From the IMG/VR virus record IMGVR_UViG_3300022562_000051, positions 1-44,580 of that record: DNA of 44,580 nt. One strand, given 5' to 3'. Under the pieces are notes generated by a model. It had not been told where the DNA came from and ran no database searches. It saw only the letters and a list, made by a program, of their open reading frames with translations. Of this stretch, positions 5,959 to 14,035 are shown in pieces; the first letter of the stretch is position 1, and each line of letters starts with the position of its first letter. Made by a program: the position numbers and the translations under genes. The DNA comes from a virus (Duplodnaviria > Heunggongvirae > Uroviricota > Caudoviricetes).

Positions 5959-6581
5959 TGCTCGGTGAATACATTGCCATGAACGTAGTGGATATAAAAT
6001 TTCCAGAGGAAAGAAAAGTGGAAAGAGTATGGTTTACGTCCGATACCCATTTCGGACACAAGAATATTTTGCGGTTCTGTCCGCAGACTCGTCCTGTGAC
6101 TTCTATCGAAGAGCATGACGAGCGTCTAATTGCAAACTGGCAGTCTCAGGTTTCTCCGCAGGATCGTGTCTACCATCTTGGTGACATGTTCTTCTGCAAC
6201 GGAGAACGCGCTCGGCGCATCCTTGATCGTCTGCCGGGACAGATTCATCTTATCTACGGAAACCACGATAAGGTGATTTCTTCCAATGCAGACATTCGTT
6301 CGCGATTCGTTGCAGTCCATGACTACAAGGAAATTCGACTGGACGATATCAAGGTCTGTCTGTTTCACTTCCCTATCCATGAGTGGCATCAGGTTCATCG
6401 TGGCTCGTTCCATCTGTACGGACACGTACATGGATCGGTCAAGCTGCCGGGACGCGCTATGGACGTTGGTGTAGACTCGCGTCCTGACGGCGACATGCTG
6501 TTGTGGTCTTGGGAAGAGATTAAGGCGCGACTGATCGTGCGTGAGCATGGTGTTCACCACGGCAAGACTCATATGGAGTAA
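5955..6581 (+). CDS. Calcineurin-like metallophosphoesterase
   Basis: SDTHFGH, HLGD, GNHD, HFP, GHVH motifs. Confidence 0.9.
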   Translation: MMLGEYIAMNVVDIKFPEERKVERVWFTSDTHFGHKNILRFCPQTRPVTSIEEHDERLIANWQSQVSPQDRVYHLGDMFFCNGERARRILDRLPGQIHLIYGNHDKVISSNADIRSRFVAVHDYKEIRLDDIKVCLFHFPIHEWHQVHRGSFHLYGHVHGSVKLPGRAMDVGVDSRPDGDMLLWSWEEIKARLIVREHGVHHGKTHME

Positions 6582-6584
6582 GAC

Positions 6585-7547
6585 ATGAATAGTGAACTTT
6601 TTGTAATTGGTCTTGGTCTGTTTATCGTCTGGATGTTATTCATCACAGTCAGAGGTATATATCGCAAGTATCATAAGTGGCAGAGGGGACGATTGGAACT
6701 GGCAATGAAGGGAATTGCTGCCACCATCGTCCTGCGCTGTCTCCATCCAATGTGCGATGAAATCAAGGGAAAGAAGTTTAAGGATATTGACTTCGCTGCC
6801 TTGAAGGAAAAGCATCGGATACCGGGACACGACGATTCAGCGAGATTCCTCAACACCATCTTTTACATGGAAGTTGATAACGTTGTTAACTCAATCAGAG
6901 AGGGGAAACAAGATCATGTGCAATACATGCAGGATGCGTGGATCAACAAGGATTGGAAAGAAAGTGTCGAAGGTGTCTTGAATGAAGCGCGAGAACACAT
7001 CTGCTCTGATGATCGCGAGGAATCATATGCGTGGATCAAGGAATTCGGTGAGGAACTCGTCACTCTCGTAAACAAGGAACTTGCAGAGAAGGCGGCTGAC
7101 GCAGCACTTGATGGTAAGTATGTGTCCCGCAAAGAAGTTGAAGATACCGAAGAGGAATATGATTACGACTATGACGATAGTGATTATGACTACAGTGATG
7201 ATTCATCGGGTGGTTCTACTTACGTTGCTCCGGTAGTAATCCAAAATAACAAGTCACAAAAAGAAACTGTTCGCAGTTCATCGGTGTCTACTCCCCATAC
7301 ACCATGGCAGATGCCGCGCCAGACGCAGACTCAGCGGCAACCACAGAAGCAGCCGCAGCGACAGGAACAGTATACGGTGCAGCGCATGAATCGCGGTGGT
7401 CAGTGGGAAAACAAATTTAAGACTAACAATATGCGGCAGGCTGACCAGCAACAGAGGCTTTTCCAGAATGGTTCATATCGCAATCAAGACGCCAATCAGA
7501 AGAATGTTCGCTGGCGCATCGTGGACAAGGACGGCAAGGTTCAGTAA
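6585..7547 (+). CDS. Membrane-anchored protein with acidic and Gln-rich low-complexity linker
   Basis: N-terminal TM, EEEYDYDYDDSDYDY and QTQTQRQPQKQPQRQ tracts. Confidence 0.7.
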   Translation: MNSELFVIGLGLFIVWMLFITVRGIYRKYHKWQRGRLELAMKGIAATIVLRCLHPMCDEIKGKKFKDIDFAALKEKHRIPGHDDSARFLNTIFYMEVDNVVNSIREGKQDHVQYMQDAWINKDWKESVEGVLNEAREHICSDDREESYAWIKEFGEELVTLVNKELAEKAADAALDGKYVSRKEVEDTEEEYDYDYDDSDYDYSDDSSGGSTYVAPVVIQNNKSQKETVRSSSVSTPHTPWQMPRQTQTQRQPQKQPQRQEQYTVQRMNRGGQWENKFKTNNMRQADQQQRLFQNGSYRNQDANQKNVRWRIVDKDGKVQ

Positions 7548-7555
7548 TTAGAATT

Positions 7556-7580
7556 AGAGGGCAGGGATGCCCTCTTTTTC
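7556..7580 (+). terminator. Intrinsic terminator
   Basis: AGAGGGCA-GGGA-TGCCCTCT-TTTT. Confidence 0.8.
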
Positions 7581-7583
7581 TAC

Positions 7584-7612
7584 TTGACTTGTACTCAGAT
7601 TGACTATATACT
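7584..7612 (+). promoter_or_regulatory. Sigma70-type promoter of the NAD operon
   Basis: TTGACT-N17-TATACT. Confidence 0.75.
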
Positions 7613-7615
7613 ATA

Positions 7616-7661
7616 TGTAACGGGATAGACCTGTTACACTAATTCTAAGGGAGTCTTAGAA
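7616..7661 (+). promoter_or_regulatory. Two-hairpin leader (ATAGA-loop hairpin plus RBS hairpin), copy 1
   Basis: TGTAACGGG-ATAGA-CCTGTTACA; TTCTAAG-GGAGT-CTTAGAA directly before ATG. Confidence 0.7.
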
Positions 7662-8717
7662 ATGGCAACGACAAAATCACTGTCCGTATTCATCGGACGC
7701 TTTCAGCCGCCTCACAAGGCACATCTTCAAATCATTCGGGAAGCACTCAAGCATTCCGAAAAAGTCCTGATTCTAATCGGTAGCTCATATCGCCCATCCG
7801 ATATCAAGAATCCATTCTCGCATCAAATGCGTGAAGCAATGATTCGCTCTTGCTTCGCTCCCGAAGAGAATCGCTTGCTCTTCGACTATATCTCCGACCA
7901 TCCGTATAACGATCTTGCGTGGGTTAAGAACGTGCAAGATGCCGTTGACAATGCCTATCAGAGAGCATTCGGTTGGGTGGACAAGCCAATCATCAAGCTG
8001 ATTGGACACCACAAGGATCATTCCTCTTACTACCTTGATATCTTCCCTTCATTTGAACAGATTGAAGTCGGACACATTCACGGTATGGATTCCACCACCA
8101 TTCGCGAACTCTATTTCGCTGGCAAGGATGCGTGGAAGTTTGAAAATCGCAAGAAGATTGAACAGTTCGTAAATGAGCCGGTCATGAAGATGATGACTGG
8201 TTACATGGAAACCTTCGGCTATGATCGGCTGGTGAAGGAATACGAATTCGTTCGCAACTACAAACTACAGTGGGCGAACTCTCCATATCCACCTACGTTC
8301 GTTACGGCTGACGCAGTTGTTACGTGCCTTGGGCATGTGCTGCTGGTCGTTCGCGGTGCTTCTCCCGGCGAGGGATTGCTGGCACTTCCCGGTGGATTCG
8401 TTGGACAGTACGAAACTGTCAAGGACTGCGCACTTCGCGAATTGCAGGAAGAAACCAAGATCAAAGTTCCACCCGCAATCCTGCGCAGTTCAATCGTAAA
8501 AGAAAATCGGTATGATCATCCGCGCCGTTCTACTCGCGGCAGGACGATCACCACAGCATTCCATTTTGATCTTCATGAGCGGACGCTTCCGAAGGTCAAG
8601 GGATCGGACGATGCTGCAAAGGCGAAGTGGGTTCCGTTGAACCAGTTCATCCGTATGCAGGATCAAATGTATGAGGATCACTATAGCATAGTTACTGATC
8701 TTCTCGGCTTGGGTTGA
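7662..8717 (+). CDS. Bifunctional NMN adenylyltransferase / Nudix ADP-ribose pyrophosphatase (NadM-Nudix, NatV-like)
   Basis: FIGRFQPPHKAH, KNPFS, STTIR; Nudix box GGFVGQYETVKDCALRELQEET; GSDDAAKAKW. Confidence 0.95.
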   Translation: MATTKSLSVFIGRFQPPHKAHLQIIREALKHSEKVLILIGSSYRPSDIKNPFSHQMREAMIRSCFAPEENRLLFDYISDHPYNDLAWVKNVQDAVDNAYQRAFGWVDKPIIKLIGHHKDHSSYYLDIFPSFEQIEVGHIHGMDSTTIRELYFAGKDAWKFENRKKIEQFVNEPVMKMMTGYMETFGYDRLVKEYEFVRNYKLQWANSPYPPTFVTADAVVTCLGHVLLVVRGASPGEGLLALPGGFVGQYETVKDCALRELQEETKIKVPPAILRSSIVKENRYDHPRRSTRGRTITTAFHFDLHERTLPKVKGSDDAAKAKWVPLNQFIRMQDQMYEDHYSIVTDLLGLG

Positions 8718-8757
8718 GGATAGACCTCAACTCCTTCTATGATAAGGAGCTTATCAT
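8711..8757 (+). promoter_or_regulatory. Two-hairpin leader (ATAGA-loop hairpin plus RBS hairpin), copy 2
   Basis: GGGTTGAGG-ATAGA-CCTCAACTC; ATGATAAG-GAG-CTTATCAT overlapping the ATG. Confidence 0.7.
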
Positions 8758-10078
8758 GCGTAACAATCTACTTCTAAACACAGACAGCTACAAGGCATCC
8801 CACTGGCTACAGTATCCACCGGGAACCGACTACGTTTATTCCTACGTTGAATCGCGAGGCGGCGACTACGACAAACTCGTATTCTTCGGCTTGCAAGCTT
8901 TCATCAAGGAATATCTCCTACATCCAATCACGGCTCGCGACATTGAAGAGGCTGCATACTTCTGGAAGCAGCACGGCGAACCATTCAATCGTGCCGGATG
9001 GAATTACATTCTGAACGAATACGATGGCTTCATGCCGGTTGAGATTCGCGCACTGCCGGAAGGCAAGGTCGTTGGTAATCGGCGCGTCCTGCTGACAATC
9101 GTCAATACGGATCGCAAGTGCTTCTGGCTGACGAGCTATCTGGAAACCGCATTGCTTCGCGCAATCTGGTATCCAACCACTGTCGCTACAATCTCTTGGC
9201 ACATCAAGCAGACGATCAAGGGATATCTTGAAGAGACTGGTGATGTGTCACTTCTGCCGTTCAAGCTGCATGACTTCGGTGCGCGTGGCGTATCGTCTAA
9301 CGAATCGGCTGCGCTTGGTGGTATGGCACATCTGGTCAACTTCATGGGTTCCGACACAGTTGCGGGAGTCCGCGCTGCCAAGGAATACTATGACGAGCCA
9401 ATGGCAGCATTCTCCATTCCTGCTGCGGAACATTCCACAATCACAACGTGGGGACGCGACGAGGAAGGTGAAACTGCTGCGTATGAGAACATGCTCGACC
9501 AGTACGCAAAGCCGGGAAGCATTCTCGCGGTAGTCTCCGACTCCTACGATATCTTCAAGGCTTGCGACAAGATTTGGGGACAGCGACTTAAGCAGAGAGT
9601 TATTGACTCTGGTGCGACAGTTGTCATTCGCCCCGATTCTGGTGATCCGGTGATGACCACTCTCAGAGTCATTCAGATTCTTGACGAGCGTTTCGGACAC
9701 ACAGTGAACGACAAGGGATTCAAGGTTCTGAACAACGTGCGTATCATTCAGGGTGACGGTGTTAATCCTCTTAGCATCAATTCCATCCTCATGAACTATC
9801 GCGCCCATGGTTACTCAGCCGATAACATTGCATTCGGTATGGGTGGCGCACTCTTGCAGCACATGAATCGTGATACGTTACAGTTCGCGATGAAAGCTAG
9901 CGCAATCATGGTCAATGGTGAATGGCGTGACGTTTCGAAGAATCCAGTCGGACAGCCTGAGAAGGCATCGAAGGGTGGACGCTTCCTTGACGATTCGGAA
10001 CTTGAGGTAGTCTACATGCCATGCTGCTTGAAGCGCAACATGACATTCGCAGAAGTAAGAGCGAACTCAAATCTGTAA
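8756..10078 (+). CDS. nadV: Nicotinamide phosphoribosyltransferase (NAMPT)
   Basis: TDSYKASH, LHDFGARG, IPAAEHST, VSDSYD, IRPDSGDP, IIQGDG, FGMGGALLQ; RBS AAGGAG before ATG 8756. Confidence 0.95.
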   Translation: MRNNLLLNTDSYKASHWLQYPPGTDYVYSYVESRGGDYDKLVFFGLQAFIKEYLLHPITARDIEEAAYFWKQHGEPFNRAGWNYILNEYDGFMPVEIRALPEGKVVGNRRVLLTIVNTDRKCFWLTSYLETALLRAIWYPTTVATISWHIKQTIKGYLEETGDVSLLPFKLHDFGARGVSSNESAALGGMAHLVNFMGSDTVAGVRAAKEYYDEPMAAFSIPAAEHSTITTWGRDEEGETAAYENMLDQYAKPGSILAVVSDSYDIFKACDKIWGQRLKQRVIDSGATVVIRPDSGDPVMTTLRVIQILDERFGHTVNDKGFKVLNNVRIIQGDGVNPLSINSILMNYRAHGYSADNIAFGMGGALLQHMNRDTLQFAMKASAIMVNGEWRDVSKNPVGQPEKASKGGRFLDDSELEVVYMPCCLKRNMTFAEVRANSNL

Positions 10079-10087
10079 TCCTAAATA

Positions 10088-10115
10088 GGGGGAGAGAAAT
10101 CTCCCCCTTCCTTTT
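10088..10115 (+). terminator. Intrinsic terminator, preceded by late promoter CTAAATA (10081-10087)
   Basis: GGGGGAGA-GAAA-TCTCCCCC-TTCCTTTT. Confidence 0.7.
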
Positions 10116-10126
10116 GGAGAATTCAG

Positions 10127-10525
10127 ATGAAGATAGACATTAATAGAGTTATGATGGGTCTGGTAATTGCGCTAGTGTTCGTTGCCGCACTGTGGCTCAG
10201 TTCTGCACTGACTGGATGCGAACCAAAAAGCGAGGGACCACCCCTAACGTCCGAATGCAACTACAGCACTCCCATCACTCTTACTGTTATCGAATACGAA
10301 ACCGAAAGAGAACTCGCATCACAGTGGGAATACTATAAGCAAATGAAATTGCCAGATGGTGGACGCATTGAAGGATTCGCAACTTACAATACGCGGACGC
10401 AACTTCACACTCTTCATGTTCTTAAGATAAGAGGGCAAAAGGATTCGCGCCGAATTGAAACCATCGGACATGAACTCATGCATTCATTCTGCGGCGACTG
10501 GCATCCACCCGTTCCCGGTACTTGA
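10127..10525 (+). CDS. Putative lipoprotein with HExxH zincin-like motif
   Basis: Hydrophobic signal, LTGC lipobox, ETIGHELMHSFCG. Confidence 0.7.
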   Translation: MKIDINRVMMGLVIALVFVAALWLSSALTGCEPKSEGPPLTSECNYSTPITLTVIEYETERELASQWEYYKQMKLPDGGRIEGFATYNTRTQLHTLHVLKIRGQKDSRRIETIGHELMHSFCGDWHPPVPGT

Positions 10526-10698
10526 GAATCATTCTCATCTAGTATCGGGTGCTGCCGGGACCGTGGGAAAGACTAATTTCTCGCCAGAAAGCCCCCCTAC
10601 AGGCTCGCCACAAGGCGTTTATAGCCTACCCGCTACCACCCCCAAGGGTATCCCTGTAGAGGCTTAAAACGCCTCTCAGGGCTTCCTAGACCCCTTCC

Positions 10699-10746
10699 TA
10701 AGTCCTTGATTCTAAAGGATTTACCCATATCTCTAAGTTGTTGATA
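10699..10746 (+). promoter_or_regulatory. Two tandem IHF-box-like sites
   Basis: TAAGTCCTTGATT (10699) and TAAGTTGTTGATA (10734), both YAANNNNTTGATW. Confidence 0.6.
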
Positions 10747-10764
10747 TTTCTAATTTTTTCACTA

Positions 10765-10793
10765 TTGCGGAATCCTCGGTCCCTTGCTATACT
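10765..10793 (+). promoter_or_regulatory. Sigma70-type early promoter
   Basis: TTGCGG-N17-TATACT with AT-rich upstream region. Confidence 0.65.
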
Positions 10794-10799
10794 GTATTT

Positions 10800-11030
10800 A
10801 CAGGATGAGGATACAGATAGTGTAGTTGACACGGTAACGTGATGCCTTGGTCCCACTCTCGCGTCGGGAAATGAAAACCAAGGGTCCACGTAGGGGACGC
10901 GGGTGCTGCCAGAAAAATGACCCCTCTGGCAGTAAGGAACGAGAGCCGACTCATAAACCGGTGGGGTGAGGACACGATTACTGGTTCCGGCACCTCTGAT
11001 ACGCGAGGAACCTCTTTCGAACGGTTTTAC
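10800..11030 (+). ncRNA. Candidate structured ncRNA or long 5' leader
   Basis: CCTTGGT/ACCAAGG, CTGCCAGA/TCTGGCAG and GGTGC/GCACC stems, plus a loop with several distal complements; no credible ORF. Confidence 0.4.
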
Positions 11031-11041
11031 AGGATTTGATC

Positions 11042-11458
11042 ATGGCTTACATGTCACAAGAGAAAAAGGCGAAGCTCGCGCCGCGTATCAAGTCGCTTTG
11101 CGCCAAGTATGGTGTGAAGGCGACGGTTGCCGTGCGTCATCACTCGACGTTGGTTGTCAACATCAAGTCGGGTCCGCTGGATTTCTGCCAGAACATGTAC
11201 GATACGTGCGCGGCTGACTACAATCGCCGCTTCCCGCACTGCACTCCGATGCAGAAGCCGGATTACTTCAACGTGAACGTGTATTGGGTTCACGCGCATT
11301 TCACTGGCAAGTGCCAGAAGTTCCTGTCTGAGTTGCTTCGCGTCATGAATGACGGCAACCATGACAATTCCGATCCGATGACCGACTACTTTGACGTTGG
11401 CTGGTACAACGATATCAACGTCGGTTCCTACAACAAGCCTTACGTGCTGGTGAAGTAA
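11042..11458 (+). CDS. Conserved hypothetical phage protein
   Basis: MAYMSQEKKAKLAP...DNSDPMTDYFDVGWY; RBS AGGA. Confidence 0.75.
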   Translation: MAYMSQEKKAKLAPRIKSLCAKYGVKATVAVRHHSTLVVNIKSGPLDFCQNMYDTCAADYNRRFPHCTPMQKPDYFNVNVYWVHAHFTGKCQKFLSELLRVMNDGNHDNSDPMTDYFDVGWYNDINVGSYNKPYVLVK

Positions 11459-11793
11459 TGAAACTCTATACGCGCAACGATACGGCTGCTCGCAAGGTTC
11501 TCGCGGAAGTCCGCAAGCTGGCGAAGCGTTCGAAGGACGATTCGGTTGTCCTGATCGAAGCCTACGTGAACTGCCGCGAACAGGGTTTCGCGCTGGCTTC
11601 CTGCGATGCGCGTAAGGTCGCATTCTCCGAGTGTCGTAACACGGACGAGATTGTGGTCTATGCTGGCGCTCGCGAAGATTTCGCGTTCAACACCAACATT
11701 CCCTCTGATGAAGTCTACGAAAACCAGAAGCGGTTTCGCTACAACGAATTCGCCAAGGCTGCTCGCTTCATCGTCAAGTATCTGGAAAGCTAA
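11458..11793 (+). CDS. Hypothetical protein
   Basis: TAATG coupling; phage-like codon use. Confidence 0.7.
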   Translation: MKLYTRNDTAARKVLAEVRKLAKRSKDDSVVLIEAYVNCREQGFALASCDARKVAFSECRNTDEIVVYAGAREDFAFNTNIPSDEVYENQKRFRYNEFAKAARFIVKYLES

Positions 11794-11794
11794 A

Positions 11795-12001
11795 ATGACA
11801 GACAAGTACGAAAAGTATTCCTATCACGGTGGTCCGTATGACCGAGGTTCAGCCGATTACTACTATTGGCGTCCGCGTCATCCGCACAAGTATCCGAATG
11901 GCACGTACAATGGTCCCGAGGTCACTGATCTGACCGAGGAAGAGATTGAGGCGTATAACGCCGGTTACGATGAATGCGGTGATCGCAAGGATTGGGGTTG
12001 A
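11795..12001 (+). CDS. Conserved small phage protein
   Basis: HGGPYDRGSADYYY...EEIEAYNAGY. Confidence 0.7.
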   Translation: MTDKYEKYSYHGGPYDRGSADYYYWRPRHPHKYPNGTYNGPEVTDLTEEEIEAYNAGYDECGDRKDWG

Positions 12002-12003
12002 TC

Positions 12004-12363
12004 ATGACAAAGTGCATTTTCTCGGTTGGTCCGATTCCCGGTTTCAAGTCCGTACAGGCTTATCCCGGTGACACGCGATTCCGCAATGTCTCGCAGAGTG
12101 AACCGGCGCGGGATCGTAGATTCCCTGATCGTCCGCTGGTGAACGTTCGTTTTCGTTCGCAGTACGACGGATTTTGGGGACCGGGAAAGACTTATATTTC
12201 CCCGGTGCAGAATAACCCGTCATGGCGCAAGGTCAAGCATCTTGTCGAAGCCGCGATGAAGTGTACTGGCGACTATCATCACCAGTTTCTTGAGTCAATC
12301 GAATTTACCGGAGAGTTCCACAAGGACGGTTCCGAGTACGTTGACCTGTGGATGGGATCATGA
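12004..12363 (+). CDS. Hypothetical protein
   Basis: Operon position; GDYHHQFLE motif. Confidence 0.65.
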   Translation: MTKCIFSVGPIPGFKSVQAYPGDTRFRNVSQSEPARDRRFPDRPLVNVRFRSQYDGFWGPGKTYISPVQNNPSWRKVKHLVEAAMKCTGDYHHQFLESIEFTGEFHKDGSEYVDLWMGS

Positions 12364-12572
12364 AACTTTTCTCTGACGTTTTCAACGCGACTGTTCTCAC
12401 TGACGAATACGTAAACTGGATTCGCACTTGGGGCAATGGTCGCAATGGTGACGATCTTCGATTCGGGCAATACCTGATCAACGAATACGGCAACGGTACA
12501 TCGTGTCCTGCCATATTCTACGAAGAGTCGGCACACAAGGTATTCTCCAAGGTTGCACTGGAACATCTATGA
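12360..12572 (+). CDS. Hypothetical protein
   Basis: ATGA coupling; LRFGQY motif. Confidence 0.6.
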   Translation: MKLFSDVFNATVLTDEYVNWIRTWGNGRNGDDLRFGQYLINEYGNGTSCPAIFYEESAHKVFSKVALEHL

Positions 12573-12880
12573 TCAAGCCTCTCACTCCCCGGCAGCAAAC
12601 GCTAATTGTAAATAGCGTAGTTCGCGCAATTGAGTCAGGTGACATTGAGCATCTTACTAAGAGTGCTTATAAGTTCCTGTACCTGTGCAGCGGATTCATT
12701 GCACATTACGATCTTTACGGCTTCCGCAGCTATTACGATGACACCGAAAAGCTGCGCCACGATATCATCTTGAATACTCAGGCGAATATGTGGTATAATT
12801 TCACTCCGAGGGATCGCGATTACGAATACTACATGTCGAAGCGCGATTGCTACAACGCTATCGTGGCGAGGATTTGCTAA
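12569..12880 (+). CDS. Hypothetical protein
   Basis: ATGA coupling; SGFIAHYD motif. Confidence 0.65.
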   Translation: MIKPLTPRQQTLIVNSVVRAIESGDIEHLTKSAYKFLYLCSGFIAHYDLYGFRSYYDDTEKLRHDIILNTQANMWYNFTPRDRDYEYYMSKRDCYNAIVARIC

Positions 12881-13122
12881 TGATGGACAATGTGCAAATT
12901 ACGAGCGAGGAATGGTCAGACCATATGACCATCGAAGAATGGGAGCAGTCTGTAGATTGCGGACTGTTCATTGACTACGATGGATTTGGTCACTTTGCGG
13001 ACAAGCTTGATGGCATCGAATGGGAAGGACTCGACGTTTACCCTTCGATGTACAAGAGGCAAGACCCGCGCTACTTGAACGAAAAGAGGAATTGGACGCA
13101 CATCGTCTGGTTTAACCGATGA
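12880..13122 (+). CDS. Hypothetical protein
   Basis: TAATG coupling; FIDYDGFG...THIVWFNR. Confidence 0.65.
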   Translation: MMDNVQITSEEWSDHMTIEEWEQSVDCGLFIDYDGFGHFADKLDGIEWEGLDVYPSMYKRQDPRYLNEKRNWTHIVWFNR

Positions 13123-13541
13123 GAATTGGATTCACAGGAACGCAAGACGGCATGAATGCTGCGCAGAAGCGCGAGCTATATGAAGTCCTGCGCACCTATG
13201 CCATGCCGTCGCCCATGCCACCGGATGAAAAGCATGAGTTTCACCATGGCGATTGCATTGGTGCCGATACGGAAGCGCATGAGATTGCCCTGATGCTCGG
13301 CTACGATGTTATTATTCATCCACCTACCAATCCCAAAAAGCGGACATTCTGCGAGGGATACAAGCGCCGTGCCAATCCCCTGCCGTATCTGGATCGCAAT
13401 AAGCGAATCGTTGAATCTACTTCGGTTCTTATTGTTGCGCCTAAGAGCGACAAGGAAGAATTGCGCAGTGGCACATGGTCTACGTATCGCTACGGTAAGG
13501 CACACGGCAAGACCATCGTAATGTTGAAGCGAGGCGAATAG
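13119..13541 (+). CDS. SLOG-superfamily (YspA/DprA-like) nucleotide-binding protein
   Basis: IGFTGT, HHGDCIGAD, RNKRIV, SGTWST motifs. Confidence 0.7.
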   Translation: MRIGFTGTQDGMNAAQKRELYEVLRTYAMPSPMPPDEKHEFHHGDCIGADTEAHEIALMLGYDVIIHPPTNPKKRTFCEGYKRRANPLPYLDRNKRIVESTSVLIVAPKSDKEELRSGTWSTYRYGKAHGKTIVMLKRGE

Positions 13542-13543
13542 TT

Positions 13544-13825
13544 GTGGAACCGACACTTGTCACAATCCTGCTGATAATTGCAGCAACCCCGATTATCGTA
13601 ATCGGACTCGTAGTGGCTATATGGGTAGGCATTAAGTTTATGTTTGGTGTAGCAGTTGCTCTCGGAACGTTTGCTGCTGTGTACATTGGAATTATATGCG
13701 CCATGTATCTTGCCGAGGCTTTGGGATTCCTGCCAGCGGGTATAACTGCTGAATTCTGGAATCAGACGGTACTCTTGTTTGATCAAGCCGTGCAGATGAT
13801 CAATGATGCGAGGATTTACAAGTGA
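13544..13825 (+). CDS. Membrane protein
   Basis: Long hydrophobic stretch (2 TM); RBS GAGG. Confidence 0.65.
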   Translation: MEPTLVTILLIIAATPIIVIGLVVAIWVGIKFMFGVAVALGTFAAVYIGIICAMYLAEALGFLPAGITAEFWNQTVLLFDQAVQMINDARIYK

Positions 13826-14028
13826 GACTTTACGTGATTCCGGCTGGTAGTCCTGCCGTGGTGGTTTTCAAGACCCTTTCGAAAAATAGCTGCGCATCGT
13901 TTCCGCTGGATCATGCGATGGTGTTCGAAGAGTATGAATACGTGACTTCGGGTGAAGTTGAATATGTGTTCAAGCGCGACGGAAAAGAGTATTATTTCCC
14001 TGCCTCTGACGTTAAGATCGTAATTTAA
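13822..14028 (+). CDS. Hypothetical protein
   Basis: GTGA coupling. Confidence 0.55.
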   Translation: MRLYVIPAGSPAVVVFKTLSKNSCASFPLDHAMVFEEYEYVTSGEVEYVFKRDGKEYYFPASDVKIVI

Positions 14029-14035
14029 ATTAGAC

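Noticed and set aside
8714-8755. TTG start extending NAMPT by 14 aa
   Set aside because: A strong RBS precedes ATG 8756, homology starts there, and the extension coincides with the hairpin leader
10800-11030. Hammerhead ribozyme or cobalamin/glycine riboswitch
   Set aside because: No CUGANGA/GAAA core, B12 box or glycine-aptamer consensus found
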